From the human T2T-CHM13v2.0 reference genome, Homo sapiens, in assembly GCF_009914755.1 (NCBI RefSeq), contig NC_060929.1: DNA of 64,000 nt, one strand, 5' to 3'. How positions within the stretch are numbered: the first letter of the stretch is position 1; every line of letters begins with the position of its first letter. The translations under genes and the position numbers were made by a program. Under the pieces are notes generated by a model. That model had not been told where the DNA came from, did not search any database, and saw only the letters and a program-made list of their open reading frames with translations. Positions 44,296 to 57,940 of the stretch are shown one piece after another.

Positions 44296-47200
44296 AACCC
44301 AGCCATTTCCCATTGCACCCAGCCTAGTACAGCTTGTCCAGCTTTCTAATAAGGAAACTCGATGCCAATTCCACTCATATTTCTTTAGAACCATGTCCAC
44401 GGCTCTTCCTGGAACCCCTCCTCAGTGGCATCCTCATGCTCTGGAAGAGGACACACATATTTTATTGGCCCTCTCTGCTTTCCCTGCTTATAAGTATCTG
44501 AGGATTTGCCCTGCCTGTAGAATAGGTGGAAAACATTTTAACATGCCATGCCAGACCCTCCACAAATTGGTTCAGTTTATCTTTCAGCCTCCACTCCATT
44601 CTCTCTCCAATCTTCCAAGCTATTCACAGCAGACAACTTGTTTCTTCTCAGACATTTCCAGGCCTTTGTTCATATTCTTCATGTCTGGAGAATCTTTCTC
44701 TCCTAATCTGACCTAAAAAGAGCTACTTGTCTTCCTAAGATTGAAAAAGCACTCCTTCTCTTTAGCTTTCAATGAATCATACTCAGGCAGAATTCTACCA
44801 TATTCCATGTTCCCTCTGTATGTTACAAACGCCACTATTGCAGTGTTTATATACTGTGTCATGGTCATTTGCTTATGAATCTGCCTTCTCCATCACTGCA
44901 TGAGCCACTGCAGGAAGTGGCCACTGCTCTCTCAACTCCAAAGTCTCTTAAGCCCCCTACCATCATCAACATGGTGACTCAGTGCTCCTGCAGGGAATTC
45001 AGCTCTTCAGAGGAGGGAGTATGCACGGCCCACATAAGACTAAGAGAAAGAAATGGCTTTGCAAAGAAATAAAAAATGATATTCACCAGAGAATCAGCAC
45101 ACCACTTACCCTTTTCAGGATTTATGACTTTCTGAATATAAAAACGTCTAGGATATATCATGGAGAATGGCACCATCCAAGGCTGGGACCTGGTCTCTGA
45201 AATTCCTGACAGGCAGTTCTGCTAACTACAACTTCAAATGACCCCTTCTTCAATTTAGCTATGTGGAAGTAAAAACTGACCTTTCATCTGCCTGACAAGG
45301 TTGATGTCAAGATCAACACACCTTGTGAAATTTAGCTCTTGATATTAGTGTGAGAAGTCGCCCTAAGACTTCTGGAGCAGCAGAATGGTCTCAAAAAGGG
45401 GAGTCTTGGGGATGGCTCATTTGTTTGAGGGAGTCTCTGAACACATCCTTTTGGTTCCTATGATGTAAACTAATGCCTGCCCATTGTTCTAGCGGAAAAC
45501 TATGAGACTCCCTGATGCAAATTCAGGTTATATGATTAGTCTGAACTGTGTCTTTGTCGACTCTTTATAGGAGGGTGTGGAAGAGGAGGAGCGGAAATAA
45601 ATGACTCCTGATTTAGTGCAATTTTAGAAAGAACTATTGCCTATTGAAGATAAATGTCAGTGTTTCACAGTAACTCACTAGATCCCCCAACTTGAGACCT
45701 GGAATATCAAGAAAGATGCCAAGACATGGATCACCCTCTAACGCTGGAGTTTGGGCTACAGAAGGAAATAAGCTTGGCCTGGGAAAACAAAAACTGCACT
45801 GGGTGGTTCACATGTGCGCTGGTGTGATGGGTGTGGACTAGTCCTGGCCCTTAGAGCACATCCTGATGTTGAACTAGCCTCTTCTGATGTGGTCACCCTG
45901 AGAGCCCCTGGGGTGAGAGGTGAGCACTTTCCCCTGAAATGAGTGTGTCTTTATGAAATCCATACCCCTGGGAAGAGGGAGATAGGGGAACATGGAATGC
46001 AGACTCCAGAGGTAAACCCTGAAATTGGACAGTGGGGAGCCACTGTCTTCTCTCTGATCTTGTAAGCGGTTGGATTTCAAATGGTGAGGGATTACTGCCA
46101 GATCTCATAACTGACCTCACAACAGTTGAAAACTATTCTCGGAATTGTACTTCCCTTTTGTCATCCATAGACCTTTGGTAGAAATTTTACCAATGCTGAG
46201 CCTGACTTTAGTCATGCAATGCGCTCTCAGTGGAAAGGCCTGTGTGATTTCGGGGATAGAGCGGCAAAGGGGGCCAGTAATGTTCCTCCCACGTGGCCCA
46301 AGTAGTGGCCCTTCAGCCTTCCCCAAAAGAGAGAGACTGGATCCACCATAGACGATGCCACATGAGGGAAGCAGGGAATGTGGGGGGTGCCAGGAGGATG
46401 ATGCTGGATCCAAAGATGTGAGGGAGTGAAGCACACAGAGCTCAAATCCCCAGAAATCCCTCAAATACCCAAGGATCCACTGGAGGGGAACAGGCACCTG
46501 CAGGGGGACATTTGAAGTCATGTCACTTTGCAAATTCAAGAAAATATAATTTCTATTTGTACCTACAAGCTGATGAGGGCTGGACACCCCAGTTACCATT
46601 TCAAACCACTTATTTTCCATGCAGATGCTTGGTTGCACTTTTCCACTCACCTAAGGTGCACTCCAGCAACCAGGACGTAGAGGAACATACTCATCCCGTC
46701 TGAGCCCCACGTCTCCTGGCTGTGAAATCCATGGCTTCTTCTCAGGAGGAGAATCTGGGGAGCATAGCACATTGCAAACAAGTGCCCATTGTAGGAACAG
46801 TAACTTTTCTGTCGGCTCTCCCTCACCTTGCCCATTTATGAATCTGAAGTAAGAAACGTGTGGGGGTGTGTGTGTTTACAGTTTATATTGGAAGGTATTG
46901 TAGGATAAAATGTTCGGTTGGAGAGCTATAACCTTTTTCGGCAGTTTCATATAACCAATGAAAAGTTACTCATGTAACATTTTAAAGCTTTCAATTTAAT
47001 TGACAAAAATTAATGAACAAGTAGAAGAGCAGCATAAACACTTGGAATTATTAGCGAGAACATACCATGCCTATGAATTTGTGCAGGAAGACCAGCTCCC
47101 ATGGGATAACTCCTTAAAGTTGAAGACTGGAATTTTAGCCCAGAATTACTTCTGGAAGGCCAATCCCAAAAGTCACTGACTAATTGGGCTAACTGGAAAA

Positions 47201-47656
47201 GAAAAATTGCACAAAATGTCCCTTCAATATATACATTAATTTGCTTTTATTTTATTTTCAACTAAGGCTTTTGTATCTAATTGTATTGATTTGTACTTCC
47301 AACAAATGAAAAATCCTGACGGAGAAAACATTTATAGAGGGCAATTCTAAATGAAAATAGAGATAAAGAAGAAGGAAAAGAAGGTCACATGTGCTATAAA
47401 ATCTAAAATATTATTCTTTGACAACCTGTTTTAAGATACTACAATCACTTAAAACTCAGTAAAAAATACCATCTTGAACACTCTCAGGAACTGAGAACTG
47501 CATGTCCCAAATAATTGTCAACATGACATAGAGCTTTTGTTTTATGGGAAGGCAGTTCCCAACTGACAAATGGGTTGTACTCAAAAAGTTCTCTTGAAGT
47601 TAATTGTTCAGAACTTGGACCAGCTCACAAAAGAAAGTTAACCCTAAGTGCTCCTT

Positions 47657-48112
47657 GGCCTAGTTTGCTAGGGCTGTCCTCACAGAATACCACAGACTAG
47701 GGCTGCAACAACAGAAATGTACTGTCTCACAGCTCTGGAGGCCAGAAGTTTGAGATCAAGGTCTCAGTGGAACTGGTTCCTATTGAGGGCTGTGAGGAAA
47801 AATTCCGCCTTATGCCTCTCTCCCTTCTTCTGGTGGTTTTCTGGTAGTCTTTGGCATTTGATCCCTGTCTTCATCTTTACTTGGTGTTCTCCCTGGGCTT
47901 ATGTCTGTCTCAGTGTTCAAATTTCCATTTTTTCAGAGGGACACAGTCACACTGCACTAGGAGCTCACCCTACTCCAGTATTACCTAATTTAAACTTAAC
48001 TAATTACATCTGCAACAATCTTGTCTTCAAATAAAGTCACAGCTTGGATACTGGAGGTAAGGACTTCAATATGTGATCTCTGGGGAGGGAGAACACAAAT
48101 CAACTACTAGCG
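47657..48112 (-). mobile_element. MLT1C-like MaLR LTR
   Basis: tagtttgctagggctg...tctggaggccagaagtttgagatcaagg...ttacatctgcaac. Confidence 0.85.
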
Positions 48113-48359
48113 TGCCTAAACGTTTTGCTAATACACTCCTTCAGCAGCATCACTGAGAACTTCTCTCAGCCATTCTGAGCCAGATGGCTCTCAGAGCTCA
48201 TAGGGCTTCTGCACTTGGAATGTGGATAAGAGGAGGGCAGGACCGAGTCTTTGGAGCCCATGAATTGTGAACTCCATATCTGCATAAGCCAGGGCAGAGC
48301 ACTGAACCACAGTGCTGCAGACCAGAGTTCAAGTCCCCCGGCAAAGGCATCTGCCTCCT

Positions 48360-48548
48360 ACAGCAAAGGTTCCAAGATTTGGGATGCATCAGGGTCACCT
48401 GGAGGGTACGTTGAAATGCAGGTGACAGGTCCACAGCCCCTGTTCCTGACTTGGCACATCTGGAATGGGGCCCAGGAATTTGCATTTCTAATAAGTTCCC
48501 AGGTGAGGCTGATGCAGCTGGTGCTGGAGCACACTTCAAGAACCAGGT
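48360..48548. mobile_element. MER5A hAT-Charlie element
   Basis: gcatcagggtcacctggagg...ggggcccaggaatttgcatttctaataagttcccaggtga. Confidence 0.88.
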
Positions 48549-48654
48549 CCTAAAGGATGCATGAATGAAAAGATTTGGTTTCTGATTAAAAGAAAATACT
48601 TACAAAGGAGATAAAATCTGTCTTCCCAGGAAACACGTTTGAAGGAAGAGGAGG

Positions 48655-49093
48655 CATAATAGGTTGAATAGTGGTTTCCCCAAAACACAAAATAGGAACC
48701 TGTAAATCTGACTTGATTTGGAAAAATGTTTCACAGATGTATTTAAGTTAAGGATGTTGAGGTGAGATCATCCTGGATTAACCATGTGGGCCCTAAATCC
48801 AATACCTTATGTCCTCCTTGTCAAAGCCAGACGAGGAGAATACACTGACCCTGAGAAGGCCAAGTGAAGGCAGAGATTGGAGAGATGCAACCACAGGCCA
48901 AGCAATGCCAGGAGTCACCAGAAGCTGGAAGTGGAAAGAAGGATCACCCCTTAATTGCCCTAGAGGGACTGTGGCTCAGCCAGCACCTTAATTTTTGACT
49001 CTGGCCTCTCAGACAATAGGAAAATTAATTTCTATTGTTTTAAGCCACTCAGGTTGTGGTACTTTGCCACAGCAGCCCTAAGAAATTAATGCA
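48655..49093 (+). mobile_element. MLT1C-like MaLR LTR
   Basis: ggttgaatagtgg...gaaggcagagattggag...ttttaagccactcagg. Confidence 0.85.
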
Positions 49094-49096
49094 AGG

Positions 49097-52000
49097 GAAA
49101 AACTATTCAAGGAGACAAAGGAGGTCACCATATAATGATAAAAGGGTCAATTCAGCAAAAAAAAAGAACAATTTTAAACATATGTGCACCTAACATGGGA
49201 GCACCCAGATACATAAAGAAAATATTATTAGAGCTAAAGAGAGATAGGTCCAAATACAAAAATAGCTGAATTCAACACCCCACTTTCAGCATAGGACAGC
49301 TCTTCCAGACAGACAGAAAATCAACAAAGAATCATCAGACTTAATCTGCAAATGGATCTATAACATAGATCCATTATTACCCTGACACCAAAACTGACAA
49401 AGACACATCAAAAAAAAAAAAAAAGAAAGAAAAGAAAATTACAGGCCGATATCTCTGATGAAATACTGATGCAAACATCCTCAACAGAATGCTAGCAAAT
49501 AGATTACAGACCAAATGAATCTATTAATAATAGATATTTATAGAATATTTCATCTGAGAATTGAGGAATACACATTCTTTTTCTCAGCACATGGATCATT
49601 CTCAAGGATAGATCATTTGTTTGGTCACAAAATAAGTCTTAAAACATTAAAACAAATTGAAATAATATGAAATTAAACAATTTGCTCCCCAATGACCAGT
49701 GGGTCAATGAAGAAATATTCTTAGTTTTTCTTTTTGAAAAATTTCTTAAAATAAATTATAATGGAAACATAACAAACAAGAACCTATGGGATAAATCAAA
49801 AGCAGTACTCAGAGGGAAGCATATAGGTATAAGCACCTACATCAAAAAAAGAGGAAAAACTTCAAATAAATAACCTAATGATGCATCTTAAAAACTAGAA
49901 AAACAAGAGCAAACCAAACCCAAAATTAGAAGAAATCACAAAGATCAGAGCAGAAATAAATGAAATTGAAATTAAAAAATACAAAAGACCAATTAAACAG
50001 TTGTTTTTTTTTGAAAAGTTAAACAAAATTGACAAACCTTTAACTAGACTAAGAAAAAAAGAGAGAAGACAAAAATAAAGTCAGAAATGAAAAAGGAGAC
50101 ATTACAACAGATATTGCAGAGTGGCTACTATGAGCAACTATATGCCAATAATTTGGAAAATCTAGAAGAAATGCACAAATTCCTAGATATATACAACCTA
50201 TTAAGATTGAGCCAGGAAGAAATCCAAAACCTGAACAGACCAATAACAAGTGAGGAGATCTAAGTCATAGTAAAAAGTCTTCCAGTAAAGAAAAGCCCAG
50301 AAACTGATGGCCTCACTGATGAATTCTACAAAACATTAAAAAGAACTAATACTAATCTTACTCAAACTATTCCAAAAAATAGAGAAGAAACTCATTTCTC
50401 CTCATTCTATGAGGCCAGTATTATTACCCTGATACCAAAACCAAAGACACATCAAAAAAAAAAAAAAAAAGAAAACTGCAGGCCAATATCTCTGATGAAT
50501 ATTGATGGAAACATCCTCAACGGAATGCTAGCAAACCAAATTCAACAATGCATTAGAAAGATCATTCATCATGACCAAGTGGAATTTATCCCTGGGATAC
50601 AAGGATGGTTCAACATATGCAAATCAATCAACATGATACATCATATCAAAAACATTAAAGATAAAAACCATATGACCATTTCAATTGATGCTGAAAAAGC
50701 ATTTGATAAAATTTGGTGTCCGTTATGATTAGAAAAACCCTCAAAAAACTGGAAAAAGACAGAACATACCTCAACATAATAGAAGGCATATACAACAGAC
50801 CCATGGCTAATATCATACTGAATGGGGAAAAACTGAAAGCCTTTCCTCTAAGATCTGGAACGCAATAAGAATGCCCAGTTACACCACTGTTATTCAACAT
50901 AGTACTGGAAGTCCTAGCTAGAACACTCAGACAAGAGAAAGATATAGGGCATCCAAAGAAAGATATAAAGGGCATCCAAACTGGAAAGGAGGAAGTCAAA
51001 TTACCCTTGTTTGCTGATGATATGATCCTATATTTGAAATAACCTAAAGACTCCACATGAAAACTAGAACTGATAGCAAACTCAATAAAGTTGCAGGATA
51101 CAAAATCAGCATACAAAAATCAGCAGCATTTCTATTTGCCAACAGTGAACAATCTGAAAAAGAAACAAAACAAATAATCCCATTTACAATAGCTACACAT
51201 AAAATTAAATATCTAGCAATTAACCAAAGAAGTGAAAGATATCTACAATGAAAACTATAAAACACTTCTGAAGGAAACTGAAGAGGACACCAAAATAAAG
51301 GAAAATATTCTGTGTACATGAATTAAAAGAACAATATTGTTAAAATGTCCATACTACCCAAAGCTATCTACAGATTCAACGCAATCCCTATCAAAATACC
51401 AATGGCATTCTAAACAGAAATAGAAAACACAATCCCAAAATTTATGGAACCACAGAAGACCCAGAATAGCCAAAGCTATTCTAAGCAAAAAAGAATAAAA
51501 CTGGAAGAATCACATTACCTAATTTCAAATTATGCTACAGAGCTACAGTAATCAAAACAGCATGGTACTGGCATAACAATATACATATAAATCAATGGAA
51601 TCAAATAGAAACCCAGAAACAAATCCACGCACCTACAATTAGTCCATTTTTTACAAAAGTAACAAGAATATCCACTGGGGAAATGACAGTCTTTTCAATA
51701 AGTGGTGCTTGGAAAACTGGATATCCATATACAAAAGAAGGAGACTAGACCCCTATCTTTCACCATATACAAAAAAAAGCAAATCAAAATGGATTGAAGA
51801 CTTAAATCTAAGACCTCAACTATGAAACTATTACAAGAAAACATTGAGGAAAATCTCCCAGACATTGGTCTGGGCAAAAATATCTTAAGCAATACCCTAC
51901 AAGCACAGGCAGCCAAAGCAGACATGGACAAATGGTATCACATCAATTCAAGGATACAATCAACAAAGTGAAGAGACAGTGCACAGAATGGGAGAAAATA

Positions 52001-52557
52001 TTTGCCAACTACCCCTCTGACAAGGGTAATAACCAAAATATATAAACAGCCCAAACAACTCTATAGGAAAAAATTTAATAGTCTGATCAAAAGATGAGTG
52101 AAAAATTTGAATAGACATTTTTCAAAAGAAGACATGCAAATGGCAAACAGGCATATGAAAAGATGCTCAATATCATTGATCAGAGAAATGCAAATCAAAA
52201 CTACAATGAGATATCATTTCACCCCAGTTAAAATGGCTTATATCCAAAAGACACGTAATAACAAATGCTGGCAAGGATGTAGGGAAAAGGGAACTCTCAT
52301 ATTCTGTTGATGGGAATGTAAATTAGTACAACCACTATGGAGAACAGTATGGAGGTTCTTCCAAAAACTAAAAATTGAGCTACCATATGATCCAGCAATC
52401 TCACTGCTGGGTATGTACCCAAAAGAAAGGATATCAGTACATCAAAGAGATATCTGCACTCCTATGTTTATTGCAGCACTGTTCACAACAGCTAAGATTT
52501 GGAAGCAACATAAGTGTCCATCAGCAGGTGAATAAAGAAAATGTGTTACATATACAC
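49097..52557 (+). mobile_element. L1MA/L1PB-age LINE-1, disrupted ORF2; lacks both 5' end and 3' UTR
   Basis: Endonuclease-to-C-terminal ORF2 debris ([39 protein letters not shown]); ends abruptly at catatacac. Confidence 0.95.
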
Positions 52558-52863
52558 CTGAGCCAGGGAAAGAACTTCCCTTCCCCCATAGGGACTTGGC
52601 TGAAGTCATCAAAAAGGAGACAGTGTTTGTTGGAGTTAGCAATCCCTTGGGAAGCTTCATCACTGGGAAGATGAGAGCCCAGGTGAGATGGCAGCCATCT
52701 TTGCTACCCCGTGGAGTGCCTACCTGCAAAGGAGGCAACTCCGCATGCACCCCCAGGACCCAGGCTCACCTCAGGCACCCCGGGCTTTGCTGAAACAGGA
52801 GGCATACATTAAATAAATTTGAGTTGAGTTTCTGTCACTTGTAGCCAAAAATATCCTAATACA
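52558..52863 (+). mobile_element. Old MaLR LTR 3' part (MLT1J/K-like)
   Basis: ggcagccatctttgc...tttgagttgagtttctgtcacttgtagccaaaa. Confidence 0.65.
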
Positions 52864-53000
52864 GACACTGAGAGGGAAGGAAAGAGCATAACCTATGTTG
52901 AGGCAAACTTTATGTTTTATTTTTAAAAAATAAAGGATGATACCCTTTAGTGCTTGGGTTGGTAGCTAACTTTGAATGTGTGTGATAAGACATTTTTTTT

Positions 53001-53004
<4 letters not shown>

Positions 53005-53047
<43 letters not shown>
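53005..53047. repeat. (TG)n microsatellite
   Basis: About 21 perfect TG units. Confidence 0.97.
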
Positions 53048-53050
<3 letters not shown>

Positions 53051-53792
53051 GTTTTGGTTTACTTCAGAGTGTTCTAGGCATGTTGAGATACACTAGGACA
53101 AGAAACAATGGGCACAAATTCTCTTAAAAGGCATTTCTTTAACCAAAGCGTAAGAAGGTAGAAGTTCCCAACCATGGCATTGGTTTAGTTTCCTGCCTAG
53201 ATGTTTCTGTCCACACAATGGCCCTCATCACCTGAAGGCCCGAAATCCGTGGAGTCATGCAGCTGTTAGGTCACCAGCAGAATGTGACCTGCTCAGGACG
53301 GCCTTGCGGCAGAAAAGCCAGTCCTGACACATGAACCGTGGCTCCTGGGTTATCTGGGGGCTGGTATCTCACAACACTGCTATTAATCAGTTCATTGCCA
53401 CATTTTCCTCTGGGGCATACATAATTTATGTATGGCAACTCTTCCTGGAATTTCATTTTAAAAACAGAACAACTCATTCCCTTTCGTTTTAAGAAAGTTT
53501 TTGGTTTGTGTTGTTAGAAGCAGGCTGAAATAAACGAAGGGGACTCAAATGTGAGAGGTCAATTCAACAAATGTGCACTCGGTGTCTCTTTCAAGAAAAA
53601 TGTTATGCTGGGGTAGTGTGGAAGGGTGGAGGGGTGGAGGGGACAGAGAAAACTGTACCCTTCCCCAAAGAGCTTACAGTCTAGCTGGACAGAGAGGACA
53701 AAGATAAAGCCAGGGGAATATGACAAACACACACATCTCAAAAAAGTTCAGCAAAAAAAGACAAAAATTTTCATGAACCTTTAGAGAAGGGG

Positions 53793-54250
53793 TGTATTCG
53801 GGTTCTTCAGAGGACAGAACCAATATAATAGATATAGATATAGAGAAAGAAATGTCTTATGGGAATCAGCTCACGTGATTCTGGAGGCTGAGGAGCCCCA
53901 CAATCTGCCATCTGCAAGCTGGAGGCCCCAGAAAGCCAGTAGAGTAATTCAGTCCAAAGCCTGAAGGCCTGAGAACCAGGAGAGACCACGGCATAAGTTC
54001 CAGCATGAGTCAGAAGGCCCCAGAACCAGGAGCACTGATGTATGAGAGCGGGAGATGCACGGCCCAGCCCAAACAGAGCAAATGTGCCCTTCCTTCTTTT
54101 TGCTCTATTCAGTCCCTCAATGGTGACAGCAGATCTTCTGAGCTCAGTCTACCTACTTAAATGCTAAGCTCTTCTGGAAACCCCCTCACAGACACACCCA
54201 GAAATAATGCATCCATTAGGTCAAATTGACACATAAAATTAACCATCATA
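53793..54250 (-). mobile_element. MLT2 (ERVL) solo LTR
   Basis: tgtattcgggttcttcagagg...gacacataaaattaaccatca; TSD agggg/aggga. Confidence 0.9.
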
Positions 54251-54354
54251 AGGGATTACACATTCAACTAAAATTCCAGATGTATTTAAAATTTGACATG
54301 GGCCATAAATAGTAGAGGGTGGATATCTTCAAATTTCCATTTTAAAAAAGGATT

Positions 54355-54707
54355 ATACTACTCAGTCATAAAAAGGGATGAATTAATGGCATTTGCAGTG
54401 ACCTAGATGAGATTGGAGACTATTATTCTAAGTAAAATAACTCAGGAATGAAAAACTAAACATCATATGTTCTCACTCATAAGTGGGAGCTAAGCTATGA
54501 AGATGCAAAGGCATAAGAATAACACAGTGGACTTTGGGGACTCAGGGGGAAAGAGTGGGAAGGGGTGAGGGATAAAAGACCACAAATAGGGTGCAGTGTA
54601 TACCGCCCAGGTGATGGGTGCACCAAAATCTCACAAATCACCACAAAAGAAGTTACTCATGTAACCGAACACCACCTGTTCCCCAACTATGGAAATACAA
54701 TTTTTTT
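54355..54707 (+). mobile_element. L1PB1-like 3' end
   Basis: gtgggagctaagctatga...gggataaaagac...caccaaaatctcacaaatcaccac; probable TSD aaaggatt. Confidence 0.92.
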
Positions 54708-56132
54708 AAAGGATTGTCTATATCCTTTATATGCTCACAATGATCATTAATACACACTTTCAGACTCGTGGTTTTTGAAAAGTTATTGTCAAGATAACCC
54801 ATTCTAATTGTGAATGAAGAGAAGAGAAAAGTGGGTAGAATGGAAAGGAGAAACTGGAAACGATCAAATGGGAGAGGACAAAATTATTAGCTCCCTGGAC
54901 TGGGTAGATTTTGAGAACTGGAGTAAGACGAACATCGGCGCGATCCATGAGGTTTTTAGCAGTGTGATGACCTCAGTAGCATCTCCACCCATGGATACGC
55001 CTCAAACCCAGTCTGTGTCCTTGGGCCTCACCCAATGCTCAGTGGCAGCCTCCAGAAAGCATCATAGCTCTACTTAAATGGAAAAGAAACAATTAAACTA
55101 TCACCTCCTAATGAATGCATGGAGGTCTACTTCTCAGGAGTTACGATTTCCCAGGCCTGGCACAAAATTTCAGCTCAGGTAAATATTAAGAAGATGAAGT
55201 TTTACCATGAGCACCTGTAGGGCAGAGTCTCTCCCCAGCTTTCATAACACGCAGCAGTGTTTGCATACTGCATTTAATAACAGCTGTTATTATAAGAACC
55301 AAGATTTGGCAGAGTCTCTATAATTTTCAATAGAGTCTCTGTAATTAAATAATCTGATGTTTTGCCCAATCCTCCTCACTTTTATCCCATTTAAAGTGGG
55401 CATACGCTGTTTTTTCCACATGCTTCTTTTTTCTGTTCTCAATCTCTCATCTTTCTGGGTGGCTTCAGATCCCATGTTTGAGCCTCATTCTTCTCCTCTC
55501 CAATTAAACTTCATTCCCGGCTCTTTATGGAATTCGTAGAGAATAACTAAAACATCTGACAGATGCAAGTTAACATTTTCTGGGCAATTTTAATTGACAA
55601 TCAGATGGAACTAATACCTGATCAACCAATTGACGTGATAAACCGGAAAAAAGCAAGAACACAGACCGAAGGCCATGCCAGGAAGAAACCCAAAACTACT
55701 GACAAAACAGATAACAAATTTTTTAACATTTTAATCATTATCAACTTTGGCATATGAATAAATGTTTGACATCTTACCAGTTGTAATCCTACCTTGAACT
55801 GCCATAAGATGTTATCAGAAACATATGAGAGGAAATTAGGAGGAAAAGCCTAAATCAAAAAATATCATCATTTTTATGGCATTTGTGCTGGAATTATTTC
55901 TAGAATAATGCAGTTTCACAGCTATAATTCAAACTATGTTTTAGTCTATTGGTTTAACTGCAGCATATCTGAAGTTAAGAAGTTTTTATAGTGCTCAGTC
56001 CCACAGAATGATGGTTAAAAACCTTAGAAAAAATGCAATTATAATAGACGGCAGTTTTGTCCTTTCTTTTTTCTTAAAAATGGACTTCATTTGCAGACCT
56101 GCTAAACCAATAGCTGCTTTCTAACTCCCAAC

Positions 56133-56506
56133 TGTGTTAGTCTGTTCTCATGTTGCCATGAAGAAATACCCAAGACTGAGTATAATGGAAAGAGGTTTAA
56201 TTGATTCACAGTTCCACATGGCTGGGGAGGCCTCAGGAAACTTACAGTCATGGCAGAAGGCACCTCTTCACAGGGTGGCAGGAGAGAGAATGAGTGCCCA
56301 ACAAAGAGGGAAACTCCTAAAAACATCATAAGATCTTATGAGAACTAATTCACTATCGTGAGAACTAATTCACTATCACAAGAACAGGATAGGAGAAACC
56401 ACCCCCATGATTCAATTATCTCCACCTGGTCCCTCCCTCAACACCATGGGGATCGGAACGATAATTCAAGATGAGATTTGGGTAAGGGAACAGCCAAACC
56501 ATATCA
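56133..56506 (-). mobile_element. THE1C/D-like MaLR LTR
   Basis: tgtgttagtctgttctcatg...cagccaaaccatatca; TSD ccaac/ccaat. Confidence 0.93.
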
Positions 56507-57059
56507 CCAATCCAGTGTCTATAACAATGGCTTGGATTACTAATCCAGAAAAGCTACAGAGGGACACATAGGTTATTAAATATAGTATGAGAATGTTTTT
56601 AAAAAATAATTATTTAATACTCTTATTCAGGTAAAATAGAATCTGATCCTAATGCAGTTTTAAATATATCACATGATAAAATAATTACACAGATTTCTAC
56701 AAATACATGTGGCATCAATAAGAATCCAGAAAAGGCCCAATCATGCTGAGGGCTGGAGGTCTCATCTTTTATCTTAAGGCAACGAAGAAGCAGAACTGAA
56801 AGATTCCCTAGGCTTGTGGGATGCTGGTGTTCTGGCTGCCAAGGACAGCTTCATGCATGCCCAGTAGCTGTGCTGATGGCCCCTGCTGTCCTATAGGAGG
56901 TGATGAGAGCAACTGGCCGCAGAGGTGGCTCGGCACCTCTTGTTTTCCTTTCCACATCCGCCTCTTAATTAGGGCCATTTTAAAAAGCTATTTGGAAATG
57001 GGCCGAGCAGGAAGTGAGTATCAGGTAGAGTTTTGAGGAAAGGATTTCAGAATTATTTA

Positions 57060-57220
57060 GAGTTCATTCTTAGAGATTATTTAATCCAAATATCTCTGTT
57101 TGATCCAAGGACATGAAGTCCAAGAAATTAAGTAGCTCACCCAAAACCAAGTAGCTAATTCATGGCAGAGCCATTAGAACCCAGCCTCTAGGTCACTGTC
57201 TCCAGCAGCTTCCCCTACAT
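57060..57220 (-). mobile_element. MIR fragment
   Basis: aagtagctcacccaa...agctaattcatggcagagcc...gaaccca. Confidence 0.6.
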
Positions 57221-57899
57221 CAGGGCTCAGACACACTCTTCTCTTCTAAGATAAACATCCTCTGATCAGAACCTTCTCTCCTCCAGGCTGTGAAGGTCTT
57301 GGGCTGGCTGAAGCACCAGGCCAACATGTCTGAAGGGTGACAATGGGCTCTCAGGCTGAGTTTGTACTCAAATGAAGAGTAGATCTTTATTGGTAGGACT
57401 CAGCTGAGAAGTAAGTTCAAGTGAGTCACATTTATTAATGTCTATCTTAGAGCCTCCATGTGCAGTGCTTTATTAGTATACATGCATTATGCAGCATGAG
57501 TTGTTTGCAATCTGGGGCACAGAGAAGAACCAATGGCTCCAGCAGCCTGGCAGTAGTTTCAGTCTTTGTAAGCTCCCACACCCTGCAGCAAAGACCTGCA
57601 GCCTTTAACTATGGTCTAGTCCTTCCTACAATGAGATAGTATTAAATAGATTATGTCAAAATCAAATATTTAAGAAAGGATACAGCAAATATGAAATATA
57701 CAGTAGATTTATCTCATTAACAAAGCCAACTTTCTCCCTTGGAGTTACAATTGTGGGGGGCAGGATTTGCGCATTTAAGCAAAGTAGCATCATGCCAAGA
57801 GCTGTAATTTATTTCAAAACTATGAAGACTCCATTACTCTTGGTGAATTTTAGAAATTTCCTTTAAGGGGATCATTTGTTTGCTATTATACTGCATGAC

Positions 57900-57905
<6 letters not shown>

Positions 57906-57938
<33 letters not shown>
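57906..57938. repeat. (TG)n microsatellite
   Basis: About 16 TG units. Confidence 0.97.

Positions 57939-57940
<2 letters not shown>

Noticed and set aside
46117-46650. 177-aa non-repeat ORF, and similar 100-160-aa ORFs near 15.5, 26.4, 28 and 44.3 kb
   Set aside because: No recognisable domain, often non-ATG starts, overlapping ORFs on both strands; consistent with chance.
52557-54355. L1 ending at 52557 and L1 starting at 54355 are nearly colinear, as if one split element
   Set aside because: The second piece looks L1PB1-like with its own probable TSD (aaaggatt), and the intervening MLT/L2 repeats are older than either L1.
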